The translations under genes and the position numbers were made by a program. DNA of 64,000 nucleotides from Guillardia theta CCMP2712 (lineage: Eukaryota; Protista; Cryptophyta), in NCBI RefSeq assembly GCF_000315625.1, contig NW_005434666.1, positions 419,877 to 483,876 of the forward strand, in the 5' to 3' direction. Positions 1 to 10,423 of this stretch are shown here, one piece after another. Within the stretch, counting starts at the first letter, position 1. Each line of letters starts with the position of its first letter. The notes under the pieces are model-generated. The model worked only from the letters and a program-made list of their open reading frames with translations. It did no database searches and was not told the DNA's origin.

Positions 1-1228
1 CAGGGGGAGGAGGAGGAGGAGGAGGAGGAGGAGGAGGAGGAGGAGGAGGGAGGAAACGTCAGGTCAGCAGTGAGAGCTGGCAAGGAAAGACGTACGAATA
101 GAATTTACATGTCTAGTCAAAATTGACATGAACCTTGTCTTCCCCGTTCCTTTCTCTCCCTGGTTTCCCCTGTTTGGCTTCTTCCCCTCCCCCTCCCCCT
201 CCATCTCTTCCCTTCCTTCCCGCAGAAGCGATCGGGTGGAGCCGGAGACACTGCACTCAGGGGACCTGAGGAAAGAAGACTCGCTGACAGTGAGGAGGAA
301 TAGAAGGGCGAAGGCAGGACCTGACGGGCAGTGAAGAAATATTACGAGGCGATGAAGGATAACAAGTGGAGGTTCGGAGAGACGCCTGAGTTCACGTGCG
401 GAGTAAAGGGAGGAGGGAGGGAGGGGATGAGACTGTTGGGCAGGCACGAGCTTGAGGGAAGGTTTGAATCTCCGATGCCATGGGGTGAGTATCTGTCGAC
501 CATGTCTTCTGTTCCCTGCTCTATTCCCTCCCCTTCTCTCTCACTTCCTGTCGTTCTTCTTGCCTCCTTGCCTGTCATCTTTCATCATCTTCACCAACGT
601 TGTTGTCCGTCTTGTCTGTCTGCTGTCATGGAGCTCATGATTTCGTTAGTTCCGCTCACTCGCTATGCAGGAACCATCGATGTCTGCATCAACAGCAAGA
701 AAGGTCAGATCCTCGAGGCGAAGGTGAGCCAATGAAGTCGTATACGACGACGAGGAGGAGGGGGGAGGGAGGAGGGGAAGGAGTTAGACAGACAGACGTA
801 ACGGACGGACCACGAGGAGCAAGAAGGGTCCGCAAGGTTAATGTGCGCACAGGTCTACAGTGACTCTCTCTTCCCCAATCTCGTCGAGGCGCTTGCTGAG
901 GTTCCTGCCGCTCCCGCTCCCGCTCCCGCTCCCGCTCCCGCTCCCGCTCCCGCTCCCGCTCCCGCTCCCGCTCCCGCTCCTGTCTCCCTTCCTTCGCCCG
1001 CTCTTCCTCACTCGTCTCCATTCTTCCTTACGAGCCAGCAGTCGCTCCATGAAGTCTCCTATGACGCGCAAGGCATCGACCTCGCCATGACGCGGCTGAG
1101 GACGGCGGCAGAGCAGAGAGGAGAACAGCTGGAGCAGACGTGCTGTCCCTGCCCACCTGCTTCCCAGCTGACGATACATTCGCAGACACGTGGAGGCTCT
1201 TGCAAAGTGGCTCAAAGACTCGCTATGA
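1..1228 (+). CDS. lplA: Lipoate-protein ligase A, C-terminal part (multi-exon; gene starts before the window)
   Basis: Spliced exons give KWRFGETPEFT-HELEGRFESPMPWG-TIDVCINSKKGQILEAK-VYSDSLFPNLVEALAE-SLHEVSY...ALAKWLKDSL*. This parallels the LplA C-terminal domain ([43 protein letters not shown]). Stop TGA at 1226-1228. Confidence 0.85.
908..980. repeat. (CTCCCG)n intronic microsatellite
   Basis: Perfect hexamer array inside an lplA intron; it produces spurious PA/ER/GS-repeat ORFs. Confidence 0.9.
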
Positions 1229-1330
1229 GACGCATGCTGCTAGACCTTCTTATTTACAAGCCTTTCCTCCCCTCCCCCGCCCCCCCCCCCGCCCCCTCCT
1301 ACTCCTCTTCGACTATATCACTCTCCGATA

Positions 1331-4300
1331 TCATGCAAGCCCGATAAACGGCTGCTCCATCCCTGATGCTCTCCCCTGCCTTCCTTCATCCTCCTCCTCC
1401 ATGGCTCTCATCCCTTGTTCGATCATCTGCACTTCCTGGAAGACCAGCTCCGCGTAGACCTCCGGCAGCTCGGGGGCTGTCGGGTGAGGGATAGTCTGCA
1501 TCTCTACAAGCCCGTCAGTTGCTCCCTCACATCAAACCTCCTCCTCCTCCTCCTCCTCACCCACGGCTCCGCGTAGGTGGACCTGTACGGCTGTTAGTTG
1601 TGCCTCCTCCCTCTCTAACTTCTGCTACTCCTCCCCACTCCCTCACCCGCTCGCCCGTCGAGACTTCTTTTCGCCAGTACCTGATCGTTTGTCAACCCTA
1701 AGGTTGTATAGATAGGCAAGGGAGGAGCAAGGGAGGAAGAGCCAGAGCCAGAGCCAGAGGATAGGGGAAGGAGGGAGGAGAAAGACTGACCTGAGAAGCC
1801 AAAAGGAAGCGAAGGAGCAGATAAAGATAGCGACTCCTACGATTATCTCGACTATCAAGGGCACAGGAAGTTTATTTGACGGGTCCTGAGCCAATGTGAA
1901 GAGTTGAAGGATCGAGAGACGGGCGAGGAAGTGGATAAGGGAGGAAGAGGCAAGCAATCGAGAAGGATAATCAAGAGATGGGAAAAGGGGAAGACACAAC
2001 GAGGATGAGAAGCAATCGGAACAGGACAAGGAGCGGCAAGACAAGAACGATGAAGACTAGGACAAGGAGGAGAAGTAGAAGGCTGGCAACGAGAAAGAGA
2101 AGGAGAAAAATTGAAACAAAGAGAAAACTTGAAGTGTTGTTGGTGAGGAGCAGGAGACCGGAGTCGTAGTCACGACGGGAGTTCCTGTCTCCTCCGGGAA
2201 GACGATCTTCAAGAACGGGCTGACAAGAAGCCGGACAGGAGGAAAGCCCTGTGAACGCGGGGAGACGGTCAGTGAGGGAGAGGGAGAGGGAGAGGGAGAG
2301 GGAGAGGGAGAGGGAGAGGGAGAGGGAGAGGGAGAGGGAGAGAGAGAGAGGGAGAGGGAGAGGTGGACCTGCTGTGCCAGAGCATCGTTAATCCTTTGAA
2401 GAGAAAGAAGTGGGATCAAGTCTAGGCGCTCCTTGCCCAAGAGAACAGCAACGACGACCTGCGTCCTGTCGTTGTTGGCCGGGTCTGTGCTCGGGTCCAG
2501 AGAGCGACGAGGAGAGGAGGGGGAAGGGGAAAACGCTGTGGTGGCGATGGAAGAGACAGACGAGCTCTCCAGCAGCCTGCTGGCTGTCAGAAGAGAGGAG
2601 GACGGCAAGGATGAGAAACTCACAGGATCTTGTCGAGGGGCCAGGATGCGACTTGAGAGATAGCGGAGCGGAAGGTGAGAGAAGAATTCAGGAATTTGGA
2701 GAGGGGCATTTCCATCGAGACTACGAAGACGATTGTGTTCTCCTGCAGCTGCTGCATCGCTGAGCCCAAGCAGGAGGACACATCCTCCTGACAAGCATGA
2801 CAGTCACCTTCGCTCTGGTCCCTGCAGTCCGTCCGGAACATCCCCTCCGGACAGTCGTCGCACTTCCTGCACTCTCCCTCGCTCGCTCCCCCACACCCGT
2901 CCCGGTGCTCTCCTGGAGGACAGCTGGCGCATGCCTGGCAAGTAGCACCTGCCTTGCAGGAGGAGGCAAACTGCCCAGCTGGGCAGGGGGAGCAATTGAG
3001 AGGCCGCCGATCGAGCTCGACGAGGATGCTGCAGTTGGAGGCACCAACAGAAGCCACTGCGAGGACCCACGCTCCTGTGCCGGGGAGGGTCACGCTGGAG
3101 AAAGTGAGAAGGGGAGAGGAGGAGAGGAGCTCGATCTTAGCACTGAAGTCGTTCGGGGACGGCACCTTGTCGCGATGCAGGAAGACCCGACACACCTGGC
3201 GGCCTTGCGGAGGGTTGACGGTGAGGAACCAGTCTCTCTGCTGACTTGTCGTGTTCCACCAGGAGAAGGATCGGGAAGTTTGAAGGACGGAGATTTGGTT
3301 GACTCCCTCCTGCAGCAGAGGTATCCGGCCGCTGCAGTCCGAACCCAAGTAGGGGAAGTCGCAAACGCAGATCCCCTTCCGACAATCCCCATGACCGTGG
3401 CAGCCAGACGGGCAGGAGGGATAAGGACAGGGAGAAACCTCAGTCAAGTTCCCAGAGACAACAAGCGAGAAGTTCTGCCGCGGAGTCCGCATCCTGAGGG
3501 CAGAGACCATCACCTTGTAGGTAGCCGACACTTGAGGGGAGGAGACGACAACCTGTCAAACACAACAAACAGTGAGCTCGCCTCCTCCCCTTTCCACCTC
3601 CAAGCTATCTCTTCCATTGCTCTCACTCCACCTCCCGTTGCAACTCGCATTCCTCCTACGTCACCTTCTCGTTGTTGTTCACGTCGTCTTGCGCCCGAAG
3701 GACGTCTCCGCCCTCTTCCTTCCACATGATTCCATTCCCGCACATCTCCTCTCCGCCATGTCGCACAATTAGGTCGAGATCGCTCACGAGGAGGTTCTCA
3801 GCTGATGGCGGGTCTGTCCACACCAGCGTCACAGTAAGCGGCTCGTTGGCTCCCTTGACAAAGAAGCATCGAATCGCCACTCCTCCTCGGTCGATGGTGA
3901 CGTCATCAAGGAGGAAGAGCGAGGGTCCATCCCGCGCTCGGTACATGCTGAAGACGTTGACTGCCCCGTGTCCCTGACGACAGTTGGGAGGACAGGCGCT
4001 GAGAGCTTGCGCGTCATCTTGGAAGTCTTGTGCTGCATGAAGGAGGATGGCCTTGACGAGTGAAGCGCTCCCCGTAAACTTCTCATCTTTGACTTGCTGT
4101 CGTATCAGGGCAGCGGTGGCAGAAACGAGCGCAGCTGACAGATGCGCTCCATCGTCCTCCACGACCGCGTCTTTCCCGCACTCGAACGATGTCAAATCGG
4201 CGTCTGACTCCGCTGCCTCGATGGAGATGCCAGGAGCAAAGACTTCTGGCTTGATCTGCCCGTCCCCCACAGGGCCAGTGGAAGAGAACGGAGCGATCTG

Positions 4301-6257
4301 CTTGTCGAAGGAGGCAGTGAAGGGGAGAGAGGCAGTCACTCCTGTGCTCTCCTCCAACAGGCTTATGTCATTTTGACGGAGGTCAACCGTCGCCAAGAGG
4401 AAGCTCGAGTTTGTCAGCAGAGCAGTGACCAGGGAGCAAGGGACCTGCCCCATCCGCCGATCCAGCAGGACAGCATCAGGTCTTGCTGCTTTCAGGCTTC
4501 CCAATAGAACCTTCCAGTATTCCAGCGTCGCAGCACAATGACCTGAGAACCCGACGACAACCACGGACCCTGAAATCGCAGTAACATGCTCATCCGGACA
4601 GAACACTTCGTCCTCTAGAAAGGCTACCCTCCCCGTTATCTGGAGATCGGAGGTTGACTCCGGCAAGGGAAAACACGCAGCCATCCACATCGTGACCATC
4701 AGGTGGAAGTCAGGGGAAGAGAAGTGGACTTGGAAGACATCCTGTTGAGGCTGGATCACCTCGGTAAATTGATAAGCTCCAATTGTCAAGGCATTTTTGG
4801 CGAGGCCAAGGGGGTTGTTTTTCAGTTTGTTCCCAGCGCCAGCCACCACCACCAGGTAATCAGGGTGCGAGAACACGAAAGCATCTAGATCAGTGACATT
4901 GACTTGCTTTGCAAGATTGATGTCATCCCAGGCAATCACATGCACACGGGCTCCAATCTCATGGGAGGTCTGCAACAGACTCGCTCCCACATGCAAAGGG
5001 TAGTGATAGGTTATAGGTGAAGTATCGTCGGATATGTCCTGAATGAACAATCTGCTTGCGGGAGCCAGCCCGATATTGATCACTGGAGCCTCGGGACCCT
5101 CAACTAAGGAACTACCGCTGATGCATCCGCACATCTCTGTCCCTCTCCCCTGGAAGCTGTCTCCTATTTTGGCATTGGGCAAGAGCTCGTACCCAACTAC
5201 TTTGCGATGATCTCGGTTGATTTGTTTGATGCAAGAAGCGTGCGAAGTGCAAGCAGAGACGTCGCTTGTAGGGTCTTTGAACAGACAGTTGTCATAGTCC
5301 AGCCCTGAGTCAGATACGGTGATGATTTCTTCCTGGCCGAACCGCTCCATCGTGTACATTCCCTGAAGCCCCAATAATAAGATCTCCGTTGCGACTAGAT
5401 CTTCTAGGAAGCGACCTGCACTTCTCGATCTTCTCGAGCCAGAAACTGCCTGCGAATCTACTTTGACGTTGCGGTTCAGCTTTCTCATTGAAATCACATC
5501 GTTGAAGCCTGCAACCTCCTTCAGAAACTGCGTGCTATGACTTGTGCAAACTATTGCCCGAACCTGGAGAGGACTGGTTAGGCTTTTGCTACACAGGCAG
5601 TTTCAACCACATTCATAAGATCACCTCATGATTGGATATGTGCTCTAGCGTGAGCTGTCTTTCGAGTGACAAGCTTTCAACGATTTTCTGACTCCATGCG
5701 AGCACAGTCTCTTTGGCGTACGAATGACCGAGGGAAACCACAAACTGATCAATGTCTGGCTGTTCCGAGGTGCAATGAAGGCTCGTCGCAAGATTGGTCC
5801 GCTCCTCTCGTGAAGAGCTCCTCACTGATTCAGCTGCTTCAACAGGAGTGCTGTATCCTCTGACGGGTGTAGCGCTCACAAAACCGGTGAGCTGTCGCAC
5901 ACGGTCAAGATCAACTGTTGGCATAAAGCAAACCCTGCAATCGCAACGAACATTCAATTCACCATCAAGTTTGGAGAGCTCCTCCTGCAGGCTGGTTTTA
6001 TACTCCTCGTTGCATCGAATCGTGTACATCTTCCAGCCAGGCCATCCGTTCTCGACGAGCGATCTGATGTGATAGTCCGACATTGACATCTTTGCCCCTG
6101 AGCTATGCTCAACGTATACAGCGTTGCCGGACGCAAGTCGCTCTGCACTGGCTGCGACACTTGAAACGGATGCTGCCATGCCGCCCTCAGGCTCGCTGTT
6201 GTCAGCATTACACAGCACCAGCAGCAGCCCCACGATCTGCCATGCCCGCATCTTCAT
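1331..6257 (-). CDS. Type-I membrane subtilisin-like (S8, TagC/Kp43-like) protein, probably inactive: signal peptide, prodomain, S8 with PA-like insert, EGF, TNFR-like Cys repeats, SEA-like domain, TM, PTAP tail
   Basis: Built from ORFs 5613-6332, 3656-5497 and 2620-3531 plus small 3' exons. Motifs: signal MKMRAWQIVGLLLVLC; VSDSGLD; AKNALTIGA; FSSTGPVGDGQIKPEVFAPG; QGHGAVN; VTLVWTDPP..DLDL; NNNEKV; EGF CPSGCHGHGDCRKGICVCDFPYLGSDCS; TM LIVEIIVGVAIFICSFASFWLL; tail ...PHPTAPELP...FIGLA* (stop 1331-1333). Confidence 0.85.
2274..2362. repeat. (GAGAGG)n intronic microsatellite
   Basis: Hexamer array within an intron of the subtilase gene. Confidence 0.85.
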
Positions 6258-6781
6258 AGCGCAGCTGGATCTCCCGGCATCACTGAGCCTACCCCCTACC
6301 CCCCCACGGTTCGGCCCCTGTTCCAACTTCATCGTGAAGTCACCACCCCAGTACGGTCCCCCCCCGAGTATCTCATTCAGTGACCCCCCAACGGGCCGAG
6401 CCTTGGAGGACCACCCTCCCCTCCGAGCCTAGAGTGCCATTCAACGTGACCGTCCCGGGCCCGGAGGCCGCTCCTCAGTGTCAGCCCGGCCCGGGAATCC
6501 TGGCCGCGCGGGGCGGCGACTGACGGCCGGTGTTTTTACTCATTAAAGAGTACCCCTACCCCCGTGCCTCCGACAACTACCTACCCCTTCGACCAACTTG
6601 TATCCTATAACTAATAAAAGCGTCAGGCCGGACGTTAGCGCAAGGGGTAAATTTAGGTTGTTTTGCACGGGCATTTAAAATCGCTGTGAACAATAGAACG
6701 TGGCATTAGCGGCGTATCGAGGCCCCAAGTTTTTTTTCACGGTCTCCATTCAAGTCCAATTTGAACAGGCGGTAGATTGAG

Positions 6782-6838
6782 TGAATTTATATGAATTTAT
6801 ATGATTTTATATGAATTTATATGATTTTATATGAATTT
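6782..6838. repeat. 10-bp tandem repeat (TGA[A/T]TTTATA), about 6 copies
   Basis: tgaatttata tgaatttata tgattttata tgaatttata tgattttata tgaattt, intergenic. Confidence 0.85.
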
Positions 6839-7870
6839 TCACTAAATATGCTGTCACGTCCTTTGAACGTGTTCACATCCAAGCAATGTGTTTCGCTGTA
6901 ATCTGCAGATTTTTACAATCTTCTTTTAGCAGACTCCTAGTACCCTCACCCCCACATTCCATATCAAAAGACCCCCTGCTTGATCGACTTGAACATATAC
7001 ATAGTAAAACCAGTATTTTAAACTGTACCCCACCCCCAGGATACCGCTACCTCTTGTAAGTTGATCAGTACCACCTGGACACCACCGGTCAGTGTTTCCG
7101 ACATTCCCTGCAGAAGTCATTTAAAAACCAAGGTATATCCTGCCTACTTTTATAATAGGTGCCATATGCAAATCAGCCCATCCATTGATCTTCGCCTTTT
7201 CTGGTCACCCCACCCCTATCCACTCATCCCGTCAAAAGAAAACACACCAGACGAACTCCTCAGCAACCACCGGTGCAGGTAAAGTGTAAATCCTCATACC
7301 CCCACCCTACTTGTTGTTAGCTCCCTTACAGAAAATCCAACCTTTACCCCTGAAAATATCATACAAAAAGAGGGGTACTGATGACCCTACCCTTTTTCAT
7401 ATCATTTTCTCCGTCACCCCACCCCTTTCCGAAGCAGCTCGTATCTCAGCGTGAGCTTGCACGTACTACTTTTATTTACATAGCCCGACGAAGGAACCAA
7501 GGAGAGAAGAGAGAGGAGAGAGGAGAGAGGAGAGAGGAGAGGAGGGGAGAGCGGAGACAAACAAACGAGAGATCAGAAACGAGAGAGAAAGAAGACTGAC
7601 CGACCGACCACGTGGCATCCCGCTTTAGGCTCTTGCTTTTGTTTGCCTCTGCACCACCGATGCAATCTTCAATTTAGAAAAGATTTGAGTGAAGAAAGAG
7701 AGTGACATTGAAAACCGGACGGTTCGTTAGATTCTTCTTGGAATAATTCACAGCAAGAAGGTTGAGAAGATTCACGATCCTAATTGCCACTTATTCATCA
7801 AAACAACTTCAATCGGAAACGTTTTTCGTCATTGGCTCAAAAAAAATTCCTGCACGCGATCATTAACTGG

Positions 7871-8179
7871 ATGTCACTCAAACTCAACTCGGAAGAGCTG
7901 AAAAATCTTTTGCTCAACCCAGATCCAGATGTCTTAGACATTGAGAAAGAGGCTTTTGAAAGGTTACAGAAATCTAGTCAAGCCAGGCGAGGCTCACAAC
8001 AACTTACAAGCTTAAACAATCTGGTCCAGCTTTCCCAGATCAAAAAATCAAACAGTTTCAAGGTAAAATCGGAATTTCAACCTGTGAAGAAACAGTACTT
8101 TGTGAGAGCCTGCAGTGAACCTACACAATGCAATCCAAGTGAGCCCGCTTCTCTGGAGGACTTGCTCAAGCTTTTCTGA
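7871..8179 (+). CDS. Small intronless orphan protein (about 102 aa), probable paralog of 8518-8931
   Basis: ATG at 7871 (MSLKLNSEELKNLLLNPDPDVLDIEKEAFERLQK...EPASLEDLLKLF*); resembles the convergent neighbour. Confidence 0.55.
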   Translation: MSLKLNSEELKNLLLNPDPDVLDIEKEAFERLQKSSQARRGSQQLTSLNNLVQLSQIKKSNSFKVKSEFQPVKKQYFVRACSEPTQCNPSEPASLEDLLKLF

Positions 8180-8517
8180 GTCTACTTTCTACATTTTGTT
8201 TCGGGGATCTCCCCGCGTTGCAAGTAGATACAGATGCGAAGGTTTCACAACCCCTTTTTAAATACACTAGGTGAATAAATATTTTTTCGGCTCCGTGGTC
8301 TTGTGTCTTTGAAAACACGTTGTGCCCGCAGACCTTCGGTGTAATCATTGTCGATTCATTTCAACCAGGAACCGTGGTTGAGCTCTCACTGACGTTGCAC
8401 GCCATCCCACGAATACGTCGCTCGTCAATTTCGGGTTTTATTCATTTACAACAACTTTTACTTCACTGTACACGAAACAGATACACCGTCACATGGATAA
8501 GGAGGTGAATCAAGAGA

Positions 8518-8931
8518 TTAAAAAACATTCAAATAGCATTTGAGCAATCTCTCTGGCTCCGTGATAATGCTATTTGATCGCATTGAGGATCTTCTCCTCC
8601 CAGCATTCAACTCAGTGCAGGACGAAGGCGTGCTTTCGTCCTCTCTCGCCTTCATGAATTCCATCACTTTTTTGGTCGTAGCACCCGATGGCGAATCACA
8701 AGAGCTACATCTCAACATCGAGATGGAACAGCATGGGATTTCAGAATCGTTTGTTTTGGCTGACAAAATGACTTCCTCGTCGCTTCTAGTCCGCTGTATC
8801 ATCGCAGACCTTGACATTAACCTTTTTTCGATGAACTCAAAGGCTTTTCTCTCCAATTCTTCAGTTTCAGGAGAAACATCCATAAGCATATCCATAATAA
8901 TCTTCTTTTCTTCGCTCTTCTTCATCCTCAT
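8518..8931 (-). CDS. Small intronless orphan protein (137 aa), probable paralog of 7871-8179
   Basis: MRMKKSEEKKIIMDMLMDVSPETEELERKAFEFIEK...EPERLLKCYLNVF*; ATG start and protein-like composition. Confidence 0.6.
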   Translation of the reverse strand: MRMKKSEEKKIIMDMLMDVSPETEELERKAFEFIEKRLMSRSAMIQRTRSDEEVILSAKTNDSEIPCCSISMLRCSSCDSPSGATTKKVMEFMKAREDESTPSSCTELNAGRRRSSMRSNSIITEPERLLKCYLNVF

Positions 8932-10423
8932 GGCCGAATATCAAGTAGTAACCTTTCCCACTAAATACAGAACAATGAACAATTTTCAACACTGAAAAAC
9001 CTAAATGAAGCTCGCCAACAATGCAACAAGACTTCAACAGCAGTCGATGCAACGTCGCCTTTTCAACACTTGTCACAGATGTTCGAACTTCAAAGATGTT
9101 CGAACAAGTCTTGATCCGATATGCTTCCTTGCGGCCGCTCCGTTGACCTCATATTCCCTCTCCCCCTCGGAGTTAAGAAGCCCAAACGGTGAGGGTTTCC
9201 GCACTCCGCGTTCCCTGGGACCCCTCGTTTTGTCCTCCAAGATAGTACCCCTACCCCCTCTCTGACTCTTTTTGCGTTTAACTTCACCCGGTGTTACTGG
9301 AACCCAGTTATTCCCCACCCCCTGCATCTGCCTCCAATGACTTGATTTGAATGCCCATCTAGTCTATTTCAATGTATACACTTTCCTTAAGTGAGGAACT
9401 AAGTAAAAAGCGCACAGTGTCTGACCTCTCCCTCCTACCTCGCACAGTGCTGAATGCACACTCGTCCGAGGTATTGCCCTTTAGGTGCCCTCTACGTAGG
9501 GCAACCCCTTCCCTTCCGGATGTGAGGAAGGCTGAGGTCGGATGTTAGGCGTTTGAACTATGTACCCGACTTAGAAGAGTCGCGACCTTCAGAAGATGCT
9601 TTAGGAGTTAAATCCAAAAGGACACCCACTGGGCCACGTTTCCCACCCCCTTGATGTCCACCCCTCTTTTTCTCATCTGACTACCCCACCCTAGAAATAA
9701 AATCTCCGTTGCTGATGCTTTTTTTAACGCCAGGCGTTCCAACAACCCTCATATCCACACCCGCCTCAGAGTCAAGAACCCCTTCATACCCTCCCCCTCA
9801 GCCTATTACTTATTATGCTGCGAGGACAGCAAATGACTGACTATCAGATTTGTTGATGCCCGCTATGAAGTTGCATTCACAGCCCGACCCGCTGTGCTGA
9901 CAGTCCGACGGTCGGAGGCCCACTACTGTGACCTCACTGCTGGCACCTGAACTTCACTTGCCAATTTACGCCAATAGTAGAAGGCCATGAGACTGAGGCC
10001 GCTCGGATCATTTGAACTTCAAGGATTGACAGTGTCTCATGTAACTTGCCTCCGGTGACTGTCTCGGAGGGCCGCCCGCCGCGCCGCCCGGCGCACGGCA
10101 CACCGGTCGGACCGCACGGTCCGAACCCGGCGCGGCGTGCCACGCCGGGTGTCCGTCGGACCATGAGACTGTCGGTCATTGCGGCACACTGTGACGCCGT
10201 CCGCCGATCACGGACCGGCGCCCCGGCCGCCCGGCCCGGCGGCGGTCAGCCTGGCCCGGAGTCCCCGGGCCCCGGGCCGCGCCGGACGAGCCCCGGGCCC
10301 GGCGCAGCCCGAACTTGAATCTCGGACAGTGCGGCATCAAGTTGACTTGACTCGAAGCCAACGGTCCGAGCGACCGTACCGGGTCCGGCAGGCTTGAGGC
10401 TCTCAGGCCGGGCCAGATTTTAA

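Noticed and set aside
689-1347. ORFs with (ER)n, (GS)n, (PA)n and (LP)n repeats
   Set aside because: All are translations of one intronic (CTCCCG)n microsatellite.
2274-2362. GA-rich repeats as telomeric sequence
   Set aside because: Internal and intronic, one of many GA/CT microsatellites in this half of the window.
2797-3729. 310-aa plus-strand ORF and similar long antisense ORFs (13230-13820, 14555-15163, 30367-31032)
   Set aside because: Shadows of GC-rich coding exons on the opposite strand, with no recognisable motifs.
9934-10397. Arg/Pro/Gly-rich ORFs in GC-rich blocks (also 18441-19488)
   Set aside because: Stop-poor because of extreme GC content; overlapping on both strands; no domain motifs.
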